A stretch of DNA of 64,000 nt, from the IMG/VR virus record IMGVR_UViG_3300025389_000011. One strand, written 5' to 3'. Below the pieces are notes generated by a model. It saw only the letters and a program-made list of their open reading frames with translations. It was not told the origin of the DNA and made no database searches. Both the position numbers and the translations under genes were made by a program. This document shows, one piece after another, positions 47,894 through 56,658 of the stretch. Position 1 is the stretch's first letter. Every line of letters starts with the position of its first letter. The DNA is from a virus. Taxonomy: Duplodnaviria > Caudoviricetes.

Positions 47894-48133
47894 TTATCTG
47901 TTTATTGTACCGTTTAATCGTATTCTATCAGTATATGCAATTTTATCAAGTAAATCGGGACATTGGTCTGCCATCATGTCTATTTCATAGTCATTGGGAT
48001 AGTGTCGCAATGCGCCTCTAGCACGTTCACGGATAATGCCTGGTACCCTAGGTGTCTTACCTGGATCACATAATTCTTCCAATAGTTTTTTACCTTGCTT
48101 TAAGGAACGATATCTTTCGTCTGGTAATGTCAT
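47894..48133 (-). CDS. BPSL0761-family-like small protein
   Basis: MTLPDERYR...L.EL...R....LRHYP. Confidence 0.6.
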   Translation of the reverse strand: MTLPDERYRSLKQGKKLLEELCDPGKTPRVPGIIRERARGALRHYPNDYEIDMMADQCPDLLDKIAYTDRIRLNGTINR

Positions 48134-48147
48134 GGTTATTCTCCTAA

Positions 48148-48169
48148 TAGGGGGAGATACCTCCCCCTA
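48148..48169. terminator. GC-rich stem-loop after gp32 (no clear U tract)
   Basis: TAGGGGGAG-ATAC-CTCCCCCTA. Confidence 0.6.
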
Positions 48170-48174
48170 ATACC

Positions 48175-49170
48175 TTATGCCGTTTTATTTTGTCTAGCAC
48201 GGATCATTGCTAGAATGTCGTTTGCCTTATCGCTACTTGGATTAGCTTTTGGGACTACGATAGGAGAATTAGTTGAAACTTCATCAGGCTCATCTTCTGC
48301 TACGGGCGCTGTTGCGGGAGAGGATGCGTTTTGTGAATTTCCCTCTGTTTGTTTGTCCGCTGTTGAACCTGCAGATGCTTCTAAACCATATGGACGATAG
48401 TATTGACCCCAACGCTCTAAGTCGTAAGGTTGACCATCTACTGATGCCTCAAACATTTCTTTGATGATACGCAATTCTGCTTCACCGGGTTTCTTAGGCA
48501 AAAAGTCTGTTAAATTAAACAAACCATGAGCCTCGATTGCCGCGGCTTCTGCCTCTGTTAATGCACTTTCTTTACGTGCCCAGTTACTTGTAGAGTAATC
48601 TGCGTAACCACCTTTACTAGTTTTCTTAACGTTAAAGTCAAGACCACGTAGATAGTCTGTTGGCAATTCTTCCATTTCAGGATCCATTAAGCTGGACTTG
48701 ATGATAGTGAAAATTTGTGGACTGATAATAAATCTACGAATTGGGTTAGTAGGAGTCTTGTCATCACCTAGTGGATTTTGACGAACAAAACCTTGGAATA
48801 GATAACTACGTTTCTTCCAATACTTGTTTGCCATTTCTTTCAATGTTTCGTCTTTATACCATGGACGAACTTCAGCTAAGATAGGACATGCATCACCATA
48901 CATTTCCATGCATGGTACTTGTACATCAATTTTCTTAACGTTAGGATCACCCTTAACGCCATTGAATGCTAGTTTAATGATTTGACGTTCTACCCAAAAG
49001 AATGTGTTCTTTGAGTCCGCATCTGGCAAGAAACGAACAGTCGCTGTTGCGCCTTCGTCAATGTTCCAGTGGGGGTAGATAGAATTATCAGATTGGGTGT
49101 TAGAACCCTTTTGATTTTGCTTTGTGTCTTGCGCTTGAATACGGGCGCGGATTTCTGCTAAAGATGCCAT
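48175..49170 (-). CDS. gp32: Single-stranded DNA-binding protein
   Basis: A.VRFLP, CP, G.DF...K...GY.DY..S.W, acidic tail; beside uvsX. Confidence 0.88.
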   Translation of the reverse strand: MASLAEIRARIQAQDTKQNQKGSNTQSDNSIYPHWNIDEGATATVRFLPDADSKNTFFWVERQIIKLAFNGVKGDPNVKKIDVQVPCMEMYGDACPILAEVRPWYKDETLKEMANKYWKKRSYLFQGFVRQNPLGDDKTPTNPIRRFIISPQIFTIIKSSLMDPEMEELPTDYLRGLDFNVKKTSKGGYADYSTSNWARKESALTEAEAAAIEAHGLFNLTDFLPKKPGEAELRIIKEMFEASVDGQPYDLERWGQYYRPYGLEASAGSTADKQTEGNSQNASSPATAPVAEDEPDEVSTNSPIVVPKANPSSDKANDILAMIRARQNKTA

Positions 49171-49245
49171 AATATATTTCCTTATAAATTGAGATGGTCT
49201 CGTTTTTAATGTCGCTACTCCCTATGAGTAACTAACACAAGTGTA

Positions 49246-49284
49246 AGTTTAGCATGTTCTTACAGATGCGTCAATAGTATTTAT
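49246..49284 (-). promoter_or_regulatory. Tandem sigma70 promoter and late box for gp32
   Basis: TTGACG-17-TAAACT (49274-49246) and ATAAATA (49284-49278). Confidence 0.65.
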
Positions 49285-49296
49285 GCCGGATATGGT

Positions 49297-49321
49297 AAAC
49301 CTCACCTTTTAAGTGAGGTTT
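49297..49321 (-). terminator. Stem-loop terminator
   Basis: AAACCTCAC/GTGAGGTTT 9-bp stem. Confidence 0.65.
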
Positions 49322-49329
49322 TGGGTGAA

Positions 49330-51339
49330 TTACTTTCTGATAATTCTTAAGATCGCATCAAGGTCCTCTTGTCCCTCTTTCACATCTTTTTTGTGTGCTT
49401 TGTCCATTGCCTTGTTTAGTGCTTTTTCACCTTTCTTAACAACGTCTTTGGGCTTGGCTGCTTTAACGTAATGTTCTTTGCCACCTGATTCATCATCACT
49501 GATATTCCATCCAGGGGCACCTTTTTGACTCTTGTCCATTTCGTTGATTTTGCTTTCATTAGCACCAACTAGTTTACCGATATTGTTATTCTTAACTTTT
49601 TCGGTTGGGCCCAATTGTCCTACACGCTTTTGATTAGCATCTAGTTCTTCCGCTACACTTTGTTCTAATGCAGGTCCAACTTTAATACCCTTACTTGCCA
49701 ACAAGTCTTTGATATGACCGGCTCTTTCGCTGGCCGCTTCATATTCTTGTTGTGTCTTGGCATTTTTTACAGCCATGACCGCTTGTTGATATTGTTGTTG
49801 CCATTCTTGTTTGCTTGGTGGTTTGATAGATGACCCGTCTGGATAGTCACTTTCGTCAACTTCTTCAAATGTTTGTACTTCACCTTCTTCTCCAATTCCT
49901 ATTCTGCGTTTGATTTCACGCTTCATATAGTCATTGTCTTGTTTGTTAATCTTACCTGATTTGGTAACTCTAGGTGACATTTTTCGTTGTAATGGATCGA
50001 TATCAAAACTGTGATTGTCTCTTGGGAAATGCATTTTGCCTGCACCAGCTTCAACTGTGTCAGCAATCTTATCTCCAAACTCTTGTCTTATTTGAGCAAT
50101 TACTTCATCACTATCTGGGTACTCATCATTAAGACCATAATATGCTTCTGGGTCTACAGAGTCCTTATATTTGTCAATTAAATCATCTAATCTGGCACGT
50201 TGTGTGTCATCAAGACCTTCCGCTACTGCCTGAGGAACCATGTTGATAAAGTTTTCTTCTACTTCTTCATCTTCAGGAATGCCAACTGGATTGTTACTTT
50301 GCATTCCATCATCTTCTTCTAAATCTTGGTCTAGACTTTCAGCCCACTCTGCTAATTGGTTTAGTTCTCTATCAATTTTTGTCTCTGCTACTTTTTTGTG
50401 TAGTCTTGATAGTATAGGCATTACGCTTTCAATTCTTGGATCAACGGTTTCTTGTACAAACAACTCATTGATATTTTCACCTTCACTATCATCTTCCATT
50501 AATGGAGGAGTCCAGCTTTCAAAGTATGCGTTATAACCACGATGACCTGTCATTTTACTTAATGATTCACGTAATGTGTAGTAATGTTGTATACCACTTT
50601 CAACTAACTGTTGTGCTGATTCATTAAACTGTTGACCACGTGTAGCACGTACAAATCCTGCCATTTTTTGATATTCTTCGCATAAACTGCCAATATGATT
50701 CCAACGCTCATCATGTGGTTTACCACCTTCAGCAATATGTCGTGCATATACACGTGCAATGCCTGGTTTTAATGTTGGTGCTAAGAAACGTTCACCATCT
50801 TGATTCTCTAAAAAGATTTTAGCGATATTGCGATAACGTTGTTCACCTTCTTCAATTTGACGGGTATGTTGAATAACCATCTTGATAGTTGGAACACTAT
50901 CGCTATAACTTGCTTTTTTACCCATTGGGTAATATGCTTCTCCTAAATTATCTTTTTTCTTCATATGATTTCTCCTAGCCATATCTGGTGCCAATTGGTC
51001 TTGATTCTTTAATTGCCAACCTTTAAATCCGTTGCGTGTTTTCCATGATTTTAAATCTTCTACAAATCCCAGCCATGTGTCATTGTATCCTATACCTGGT
51101 GTTGGTGTTTCTGGACTGTCACCTACATCATCACCATAATACAATATCAATCTACGCTCATCATCAACTGTGGCAAAAACGTCTCCGTATTCTTTACCAT
51201 CCATAGTAAACTTAAATTTGAAAACGTCGGCATCGTCCTCTACTGGAGTCACTTTACCACTAGAATCTAATGGTTTTGGTGAATACTTCGATAACTTGTT
51301 GTATAATTTGCGGTTGAGTGTTTCTGTATTAATTGGCAT
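49330..51339 (-). CDS. Acidic modular protein downstream of terminase, probable head/core protein (669 aa)
   Basis: Conserved-looking N-terminal half; C-terminal modules bounded by VAEG, VAEE, INEM, VKEG. Confidence 0.65.
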   Translation of the reverse strand: MPINTETLNRKLYNKLSKYSPKPLDSSGKVTPVEDDADVFKFKFTMDGKEYGDVFATVDDERRLILYYGDDVGDSPETPTPGIGYNDTWLGFVEDLKSWKTRNGFKGWQLKNQDQLAPDMARRNHMKKKDNLGEAYYPMGKKASYSDSVPTIKMVIQHTRQIEEGEQRYRNIAKIFLENQDGERFLAPTLKPGIARVYARHIAEGGKPHDERWNHIGSLCEEYQKMAGFVRATRGQQFNESAQQLVESGIQHYYTLRESLSKMTGHRGYNAYFESWTPPLMEDDSEGENINELFVQETVDPRIESVMPILSRLHKKVAETKIDRELNQLAEWAESLDQDLEEDDGMQSNNPVGIPEDEEVEENFINMVPQAVAEGLDDTQRARLDDLIDKYKDSVDPEAYYGLNDEYPDSDEVIAQIRQEFGDKIADTVEAGAGKMHFPRDNHSFDIDPLQRKMSPRVTKSGKINKQDNDYMKREIKRRIGIGEEGEVQTFEEVDESDYPDGSSIKPPSKQEWQQQYQQAVMAVKNAKTQQEYEAASERAGHIKDLLASKGIKVGPALEQSVAEELDANQKRVGQLGPTEKVKNNNIGKLVGANESKINEMDKSQKGAPGWNISDDESGGKEHYVKAAKPKDVVKKGEKALNKAMDKAHKKDVKEGQEDLDAILRIIRK

Positions 51340-51358
51340 AATGTATTTATCTAATTTC

Positions 51359-52909
51359 TTATCCCATTACGGCAAAGAAGGGTAATGGTGCTATCATTTC
51401 TTCGTGGTCACGTACATAGTTGTCTAACTCTAAATGATATGATCCTAATTCTTGTATAATTCTAACAGTTAATAGTGTTGCCATAATCAAGTCATCAGTA
51501 TCACCTATCTTAGCGGCATAACTACCACCATGTGCTACAAACGCTTTCAATTCAGTTATAAGACTACGACTATTTATTTTCATCTTTTTGCTTTCAAGTA
51601 GCGTTTTAAATTTAGCACATGCTGTTAATTTACTTTTATTTGTTGTGTTAAAACCTTTGCGTTTTTTACCTGGCTCACTCATAAATATGCCAGGTATATT
51701 ATTTTCCCCATATTCATTTAATGACACTAATGCGGCTTCACCAATGCTGTTGTTTTCTATGCTATAATATAGACTGTTAGGTTCATTTGTACATTCTACT
51801 ATGTACTTATTGATTTGTGCTATCAGTTTAATTTGATTGGGGATATCCGTTCTATTGTGCTTCCATTCACCTATTTGTGTAAGTGTGTTTGCTTCAAACA
51901 CTTGTATACCTGCAGGATCGCCACCTGTACCTAGGCTTGGGTCTAGCCCAACTACATATAAATTTCCTTTAGTTGGTTTCTTATACCAGCGTATTTGCCC
52001 CATTCTTTCAATAGGTTCCATGCCTTCTAGTGTAATTAAGGTGTTAGGATTAATCAATGTTTCATCAGCAATAATGAACTCACAACCAATTTCTCGGTTG
52101 AAACGATCCTCACCTAATTGTGCTTTCATTTGGTCAGCCCAAACTTGGTCACGTCCTGGTTGTTCATTCCAATATGCACGATATGCTTTGAAACCGTTTA
52201 CACCTAATTCAGTTTGATTACCAAACTCATCTTCTGTTTTATTAGCACCTTTCCAAATGTACGCAAATTGATCCTCGTCACTATTTGGTGTACTTGTAAT
52301 AATCGCTTTACCACCAGTTGCTAGTGTTGGTGTAATAGCAGTCCAGAATTCTTTGGCAATGCTTGGTCTTACGAATGCAAACTCATCAAGATACAATAGT
52401 GTAATAGACATACCACGACCTGTATTTTCAGTAGTTGTTGCACTAACAATACGACTACCGTTTTCAAAGTCTAGTGATCCTTTGTTGTATGTAGTTACAC
52501 CTGCTTTAATGTGGTCGGGACAGTTTTCATATGCATAACGTATACGTTGCATAATCTCCTGTGAACCTGTGTATTTGTGTGCGGCAATTAGAATCGTACT
52601 ATCTGGTACAAACATTGCGTACCATAATAAGTAACCCGCGGCACTTGTTGATTTACCACTCTGTCGAGGCATCAAGCTAATACTATAACGATATTTGTGA
52701 TATGTTTCAATCAATCGTTCTTGATATGGCCAAGGATGATACAACATACTACCTTTTGTAGGATGTTGTATATAGAAAAAGTTATCCATGAAGTATAGAT
52801 AACCTGTATCAGGGTCACAACATTTTACAAAGTCTTGTAATTGTTGTTGTGTAAAAGTTGTCTTTTTATAAGGTGTCTTTACCAAAGACGTAGCATTAGT
52901 TGTAGCCAT
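51359..52909 (-). CDS. gp17: Terminase large subunit
   Basis: PRQSGKST, LLYLDEFAF, ITSTPNS, GLDPSLG nuclease, DDL. Confidence 0.95.
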   Translation of the reverse strand: MATTNATSLVKTPYKKTTFTQQQLQDFVKCCDPDTGYLYFMDNFFYIQHPTKGSMLYHPWPYQERLIETYHKYRYSISLMPRQSGKSTSAAGYLLWYAMFVPDSTILIAAHKYTGSQEIMQRIRYAYENCPDHIKAGVTTYNKGSLDFENGSRIVSATTTENTGRGMSITLLYLDEFAFVRPSIAKEFWTAITPTLATGGKAIITSTPNSDEDQFAYIWKGANKTEDEFGNQTELGVNGFKAYRAYWNEQPGRDQVWADQMKAQLGEDRFNREIGCEFIIADETLINPNTLITLEGMEPIERMGQIRWYKKPTKGNLYVVGLDPSLGTGGDPAGIQVFEANTLTQIGEWKHNRTDIPNQIKLIAQINKYIVECTNEPNSLYYSIENNSIGEAALVSLNEYGENNIPGIFMSEPGKKRKGFNTTNKSKLTACAKFKTLLESKKMKINSRSLITELKAFVAHGGSYAAKIGDTDDLIMATLLTVRIIQELGSYHLELDNYVRDHEEMIAPLPFFAVMG

Positions 52910-52952
52910 AACGTATTTAGCTAAAACTACGACTATTTAGAAAAAGGTTTAG

Positions 52953-53663
52953 TTATTTAATATCCAACGGTCGTTGTTTAGTAGCTACAATAATATAGAA
53001 AGTTTCGTCTACTTTTTTTCTTTCACCATCTGGATTGTTCATATCTACTGGATACTCTACATCAAATGTAAATGTTTGGAAACTATCAATATTAAATCCT
53101 GTACGTTGTATCAATGCACCTAATTGATTTTTACCAAGAATACTATAGTGATTTAAATTAAACTCATGTTGTCTGTCACAGTCAGGGGCAGGTACTTCAA
53201 TGTAAATTTTACCAAACTGTTTTAGTACACGATTGTATTCCATTAAACTAAAGATAGGATATGGACTATGCTCTAATGCTTGACGTAAGAAAATAAAATC
53301 TACACTTTCGTCATGATAACCATCTTTTTGTGGTAAGAAACTTAAATCATACTTTTTAATTGTATGACCTTTGTCTTCACATTTTTTAACATCACCGGGA
53401 CTTAGTGTTACACCAGTTAAATTTGTATACCCACGTTCTTTCATTTCATCTAAGAAATAACCAGGACCACATCCTAAATCTAAGATAGTAGCATTTTTCG
53501 GTAAGTTTAGTGGATCAATATAGTCTTTAACCATTTTTGCGGTTAGACTTTTGTGCATTTGGCTATCGCCCTCATCATAGATGTGAGCAGTATATAACCA
53601 TTCGTTATAAAATTTTAATTTAACTAGGTCAAGTGTTTGGTTGATATCAATCATGTCTTTCAT
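52953..53663 (-). CDS. Class I SAM-dependent methyltransferase
   Basis: ILDLGCGPG, SVDFI, LEHSP, RVLK..G.IYIEVP. Confidence 0.88.
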   Translation of the reverse strand: MKDMIDINQTLDLVKLKFYNEWLYTAHIYDEGDSQMHKSLTAKMVKDYIDPLNLPKNATILDLGCGPGYFLDEMKERGYTNLTGVTLSPGDVKKCEDKGHTIKKYDLSFLPQKDGYHDESVDFIFLRQALEHSPYPIFSLMEYNRVLKQFGKIYIEVPAPDCDRQHEFNLNHYSILGKNQLGALIQRTGFNIDSFQTFTFDVEYPVDMNNPDGERKKVDETFYIIVATKQRPLDIK

Positions 53664-53685
53664 TGAGAATAATCCTTAAATAGAT

Positions 53686-53714
53686 ATTATTACTTATTCT
53701 CAATAAGATGTCAA
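53686..53714 (-). promoter_or_regulatory. sigma70-like promoter for the methyltransferase
   Basis: TTGACA-17-AATAAT. Confidence 0.6.
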
Positions 53715-53717
53715 CAA

Positions 53718-54092
53718 TTATTTTCTTTTGTAACCTTTAAAGGGCTTTGTAACACTTTGTTTATTAGTGTCAGCCATTTCAGTACTGCCCATTGGTGTTA
53801 ACATTTTTCCACCAGCTTCTCTGCCAAATGCTTTTTCAGCTTGTCTAACCATATCTGCTTCTGCTTTAGTATATGCAACTGTTATCAATGCTTGTCCGTT
53901 TGGACCTTCTCTTTCAGGTTCATGCTCATATGGATTTTTTCCATCTGCACCTGCTAAGTAATGTGCAGAATAACGCCATGGATGATATGGACTACTGTTA
54001 TCTAAGTTAGGATGCGAACGCATTCCCGGTGTAGCGTCTTGGTGACTCTCTGGAAATTTTTGATTTTCCGTAACGAATTCGTTTGCTCTCAT
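53718..54092 (-). CDS. Probable internal head protein (124 aa)
   Basis: MRANEFVTE N-terminus resembles the T4 capsid-targeting sequence. Confidence 0.6.
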   Translation of the reverse strand: MRANEFVTENQKFPESHQDATPGMRSHPNLDNSSPYHPWRYSAHYLAGADGKNPYEHEPEREGPNGQALITVAYTKAEADMVRQAEKAFGREAGGKMLTPMGSTEMADTNKQSVTKPFKGYKRK

Positions 54093-54093
54093 A

Positions 54094-54924
54094 TTATTGC
54101 TCCGTAGATATGGTAAATTCTAAATCTTCTGTGGCCATATCACTATCTATGTACCCATCTAATTGTATATCTAATCCACCTATTGTATTACCAATGTAAG
54201 TAACCTGAGATGCAATAAAATGCAATAGCACTTCATTAACTATAGGATTTGCTAATACCCTAACGTTACCTGCTGTTACATCCATTGAATAACGTGTTAA
54301 TGCGTTACCTGAAAAAGTAGTGCCGTACCCCGTCCATTTAACATCTAAATTATTATTTGTAATTTGTGCTGAAAGTATAACATCTTGGCTATCAGCAGTT
54401 GATGTATCACTACTGCGAATTTGAAAATTGCCTTGTGTAAAACTAGTAACAGGAATTTCACATAATACTTGATTGGCATCTAAACCTACAGTATAAGTTG
54501 TGAAAGTGTTTGTGGTTGTAAAGAAAAGATTACTAAAGTTATTATTAATCTTTTGGAAAGCTGTACGTAAAGGATCACCTTCACCGTCATTAGGTGTTGT
54601 ACCAATGTTAATATATTGCTGATTACCGTATGGACCTTGTGGTGTTGTGTCAAATGACAACATTTTTGCAGTTGGATTTTCAATAACTGCGGGTAAATTA
54701 TTAATATATAAATTGTTGGTAATATTTATATTACCAGAGTACTCTGGGCTAACATTAGCAGTAATTTCTGGAAATTGATTAGGATCAACCAACTCTACAT
54801 TGGCTGTTGGAACCAATGCCATTAGATTTGCAAAGTTATTATTAATTTTGTCAAACGCTACACGTAAAGGATCACCCGTGCCATCGTTTGGTAAACTACC
54901 TGTATCAATGATTTGTTGAGTCAT
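54094..54924 (-). CDS. Structural protein with duplicated gp9/gp10-like N-terminal motif
   Basis: IDTGSLPNDGTGDPLRVAFDKINNNF and INIGTTPNDGEGDPLRTAFQKINNNF. Confidence 0.7.
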   Translation of the reverse strand: MTQQIIDTGSLPNDGTGDPLRVAFDKINNNFANLMALVPTANVELVDPNQFPEITANVSPEYSGNINITNNLYINNLPAVIENPTAKMLSFDTTPQGPYGNQQYINIGTTPNDGEGDPLRTAFQKINNNFSNLFFTTTNTFTTYTVGLDANQVLCEIPVTSFTQGNFQIRSSDTSTADSQDVILSAQITNNNLDVKWTGYGTTFSGNALTRYSMDVTAGNVRVLANPIVNEVLLHFIASQVTYIGNTIGGLDIQLDGYIDSDMATEDLEFTISTEQ

Positions 54925-54965
54925 AATTATCCTAGAGATATAAAGTATTTATCTCTTTAATAGGA

Positions 54966-55241
54966 TTATTTATTGAACTTGTCCCAAAGACTTTTTTGAG
55001 TATTGTACCATTCTACCCAACCGTCTACTTTAAGTGAACATTCATGATATTGAGTATAGTTTTTGACTACCGTATCAGCAACTGTGCTTAGTTTGCTGTC
55101 ATTAGGTAATTGATTTAATTCTGGGCATGTAACAAGCAATTGTTCAGGAACATCAGGAAATTTGTTAGTAATAGGTACACCAACTTTAGTAGTAGAACAA
55201 CCTGCTAACAATACTGCAAAGATAATAGTAGCATATTTCAT
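54966..55241 (-). CDS. Outer-membrane spanin (o-spanin) lipoprotein
   Basis: Lipobox LLAGC, Pro-rich, C-terminal Y.EC. Confidence 0.75.
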   Translation of the reverse strand: MKYATIIFAVLLAGCSTTKVGVPITNKFPDVPEQLLVTCPELNQLPNDSKLSTVADTVVKNYTQYHECSLKVDGWVEWYNTQKSLWDKFNK

Positions 55242-55693
55242 TTTAATGTGTCCTTGGATTGTTTACTAGCCGCTTGATTGTGTGCGTCTACAAATGCTTG
55301 TGGGATTTCACATTTGCTGTCATATTTTGTTACTTCTCTATCAACATAACGAACTATATCATCACCGCGTGTTTTATAATATTGCGTTTTTGTAATTACT
55401 TTTGTAACTATTTTTACGTTTTCTTTTTCTGATTCTGCTTGTACTTGTGCTACCTTAGCCTGTGCTTCTGCGGCTTCAACTTTGAATTCTGCACGTCCAG
55501 CTAAATCACCTTCAATATATATACCGGCTATAATTAATACTATGCTGATTGCTCTTACGGGAGTTACGTATATTTTAAGATACGGGAGTAATTCTAGTAT
55601 TGAGCCAACTAATGCTCCCACTATACCTATTATTAGTATTGAATGATACATCCACATAGGGATGGTTATTTGAGAAAATATAAATGACATCAT
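55238..55693 (-). CDS. Inner-membrane spanin (i-spanin)
   Basis: N-terminal TM segments, coiled coil, C-terminal Cys; overlaps the lipoprotein gene. Confidence 0.7.
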   Translation of the reverse strand: MMSFIFSQITIPMWMYHSILIIGIVGALVGSILELLPYLKIYVTPVRAISIVLIIAGIYIEGDLAGRAEFKVEAAEAQAKVAQVQAESEKENVKIVTKVITKTQYYKTRGDDIVRYVDREVTKYDSKCEIPQAFVDAHNQAASKQSKDTLK

Positions 55694-55701
55694 GCATATA
55701 T

Positions 55702-56658
55702 TTATGCAATTTTGAAAAAGGGATCGTTCTTAAGCCAATTATAATAGATTTCAAATCCTTCAGCTACGTCTACTTTAGGATCATAATTAAAGTCTTTTTT
55801 AGCGGCAGTACAATCTAATGCACCTCTGCTAGGAAAATCAAAGTCTTTATCACGTACTTCAATTGTGCCACGCCCGGCTAATGATACTGCTATTGATGCG
55901 GCATCATATAAAGTAACTGCATGACTTTTTGTAATGTTATATGTTTTATTGTCTGTGTTGTCACTTAATGATGCGGATACGATACCATCTGCGGCATCAT
56001 CTACGTAGGTGAAATCCAATGTCTCTGTACGTCCGTTAACTTTAAGTATTCCACCACGCATTGCTGTTAGTAAGAATTTACTAATTACTCTGTCTTCAAC
56101 ATCAAGAGGTCCGTATACTGCACTAGGGCGAATTATTGTATATGCTAAATTTTTACGTGCGTAATCTTTAACAAGATGTTCACCTGCAAGTTTCATAATA
56201 CCATATTGACCAATTGGATTACAAATTGCATCTTCTTTTACAACTCCAGTAAAGTCACCATACACCATTGAACTGCTGATATAAATGAATTTTCTAACTT
56301 CATACTTATTACTAGCTTCCAACAAGTTGAGTAATCCTTCACTCATCGTTCTGCTACCAAGTGCAGGATTTGCATTAACTACTTTTTGTCTTGGAAAACT
56401 AGCCATGTGAATTACAATCTCAGGTTCTTCAATTGCAAAAGTTCTATCTACTTTTTCTGCATCACATATATCTCTCAACCAAACTTCACTCTTAAATTTC
56501 TTGGCACGTTGTGTTAATAGGTAATCAATTTCATCTTGAGGTATAATACCGTAATTTGTTTGTGTGTCCATGATACATACATCATGTCCAAGGTCTTCTA
56601 ATCTACTAACAACGTTGTGTCCAATAAGACCGCACCCACCTGTTACTAAAATCTTCAT
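55702..56658 (-). CDS. NAD-dependent epimerase/dehydratase (extended SDR); start corrected to MKILVTGG
   Basis: TGGCGLIG, SSS.VYG, YG..K, IRP..VYGP. Confidence 0.92.
   Translation of the reverse strand: MKILVTGGCGLIGHNVVSRLEDLGHDVCIMDTQTNYGIIPQDEIDYLLTQRAKKFKSEVWLRDICDAEKVDRTFAIEEPEIVIHMASFPRQKVVNANPALGSRTMSEGLLNLLEASNKYEVRKFIYISSSMVYGDFTGVVKEDAICNPIGQYGIMKLAGEHLVKDYARKNLAYTIIRPSAVYGPLDVEDRVISKFLLTAMRGGILKVNGRTETLDFTYVDDAADGIVSASLSDNTDNKTYNITKSHAVTLYDAASIAVSLAGRGTIEVRDKDFDFPSRGALDCTAAKKDFNYDPKVDVAEGFEIYYNWLKNDPFFKIA

Noticed and set aside
52953-53663. DNA methyltransferase (anti-restriction)
   Set aside because: No DPPY/NPPY or PC catalytic motif; the pattern fits a small-molecule class I methyltransferase
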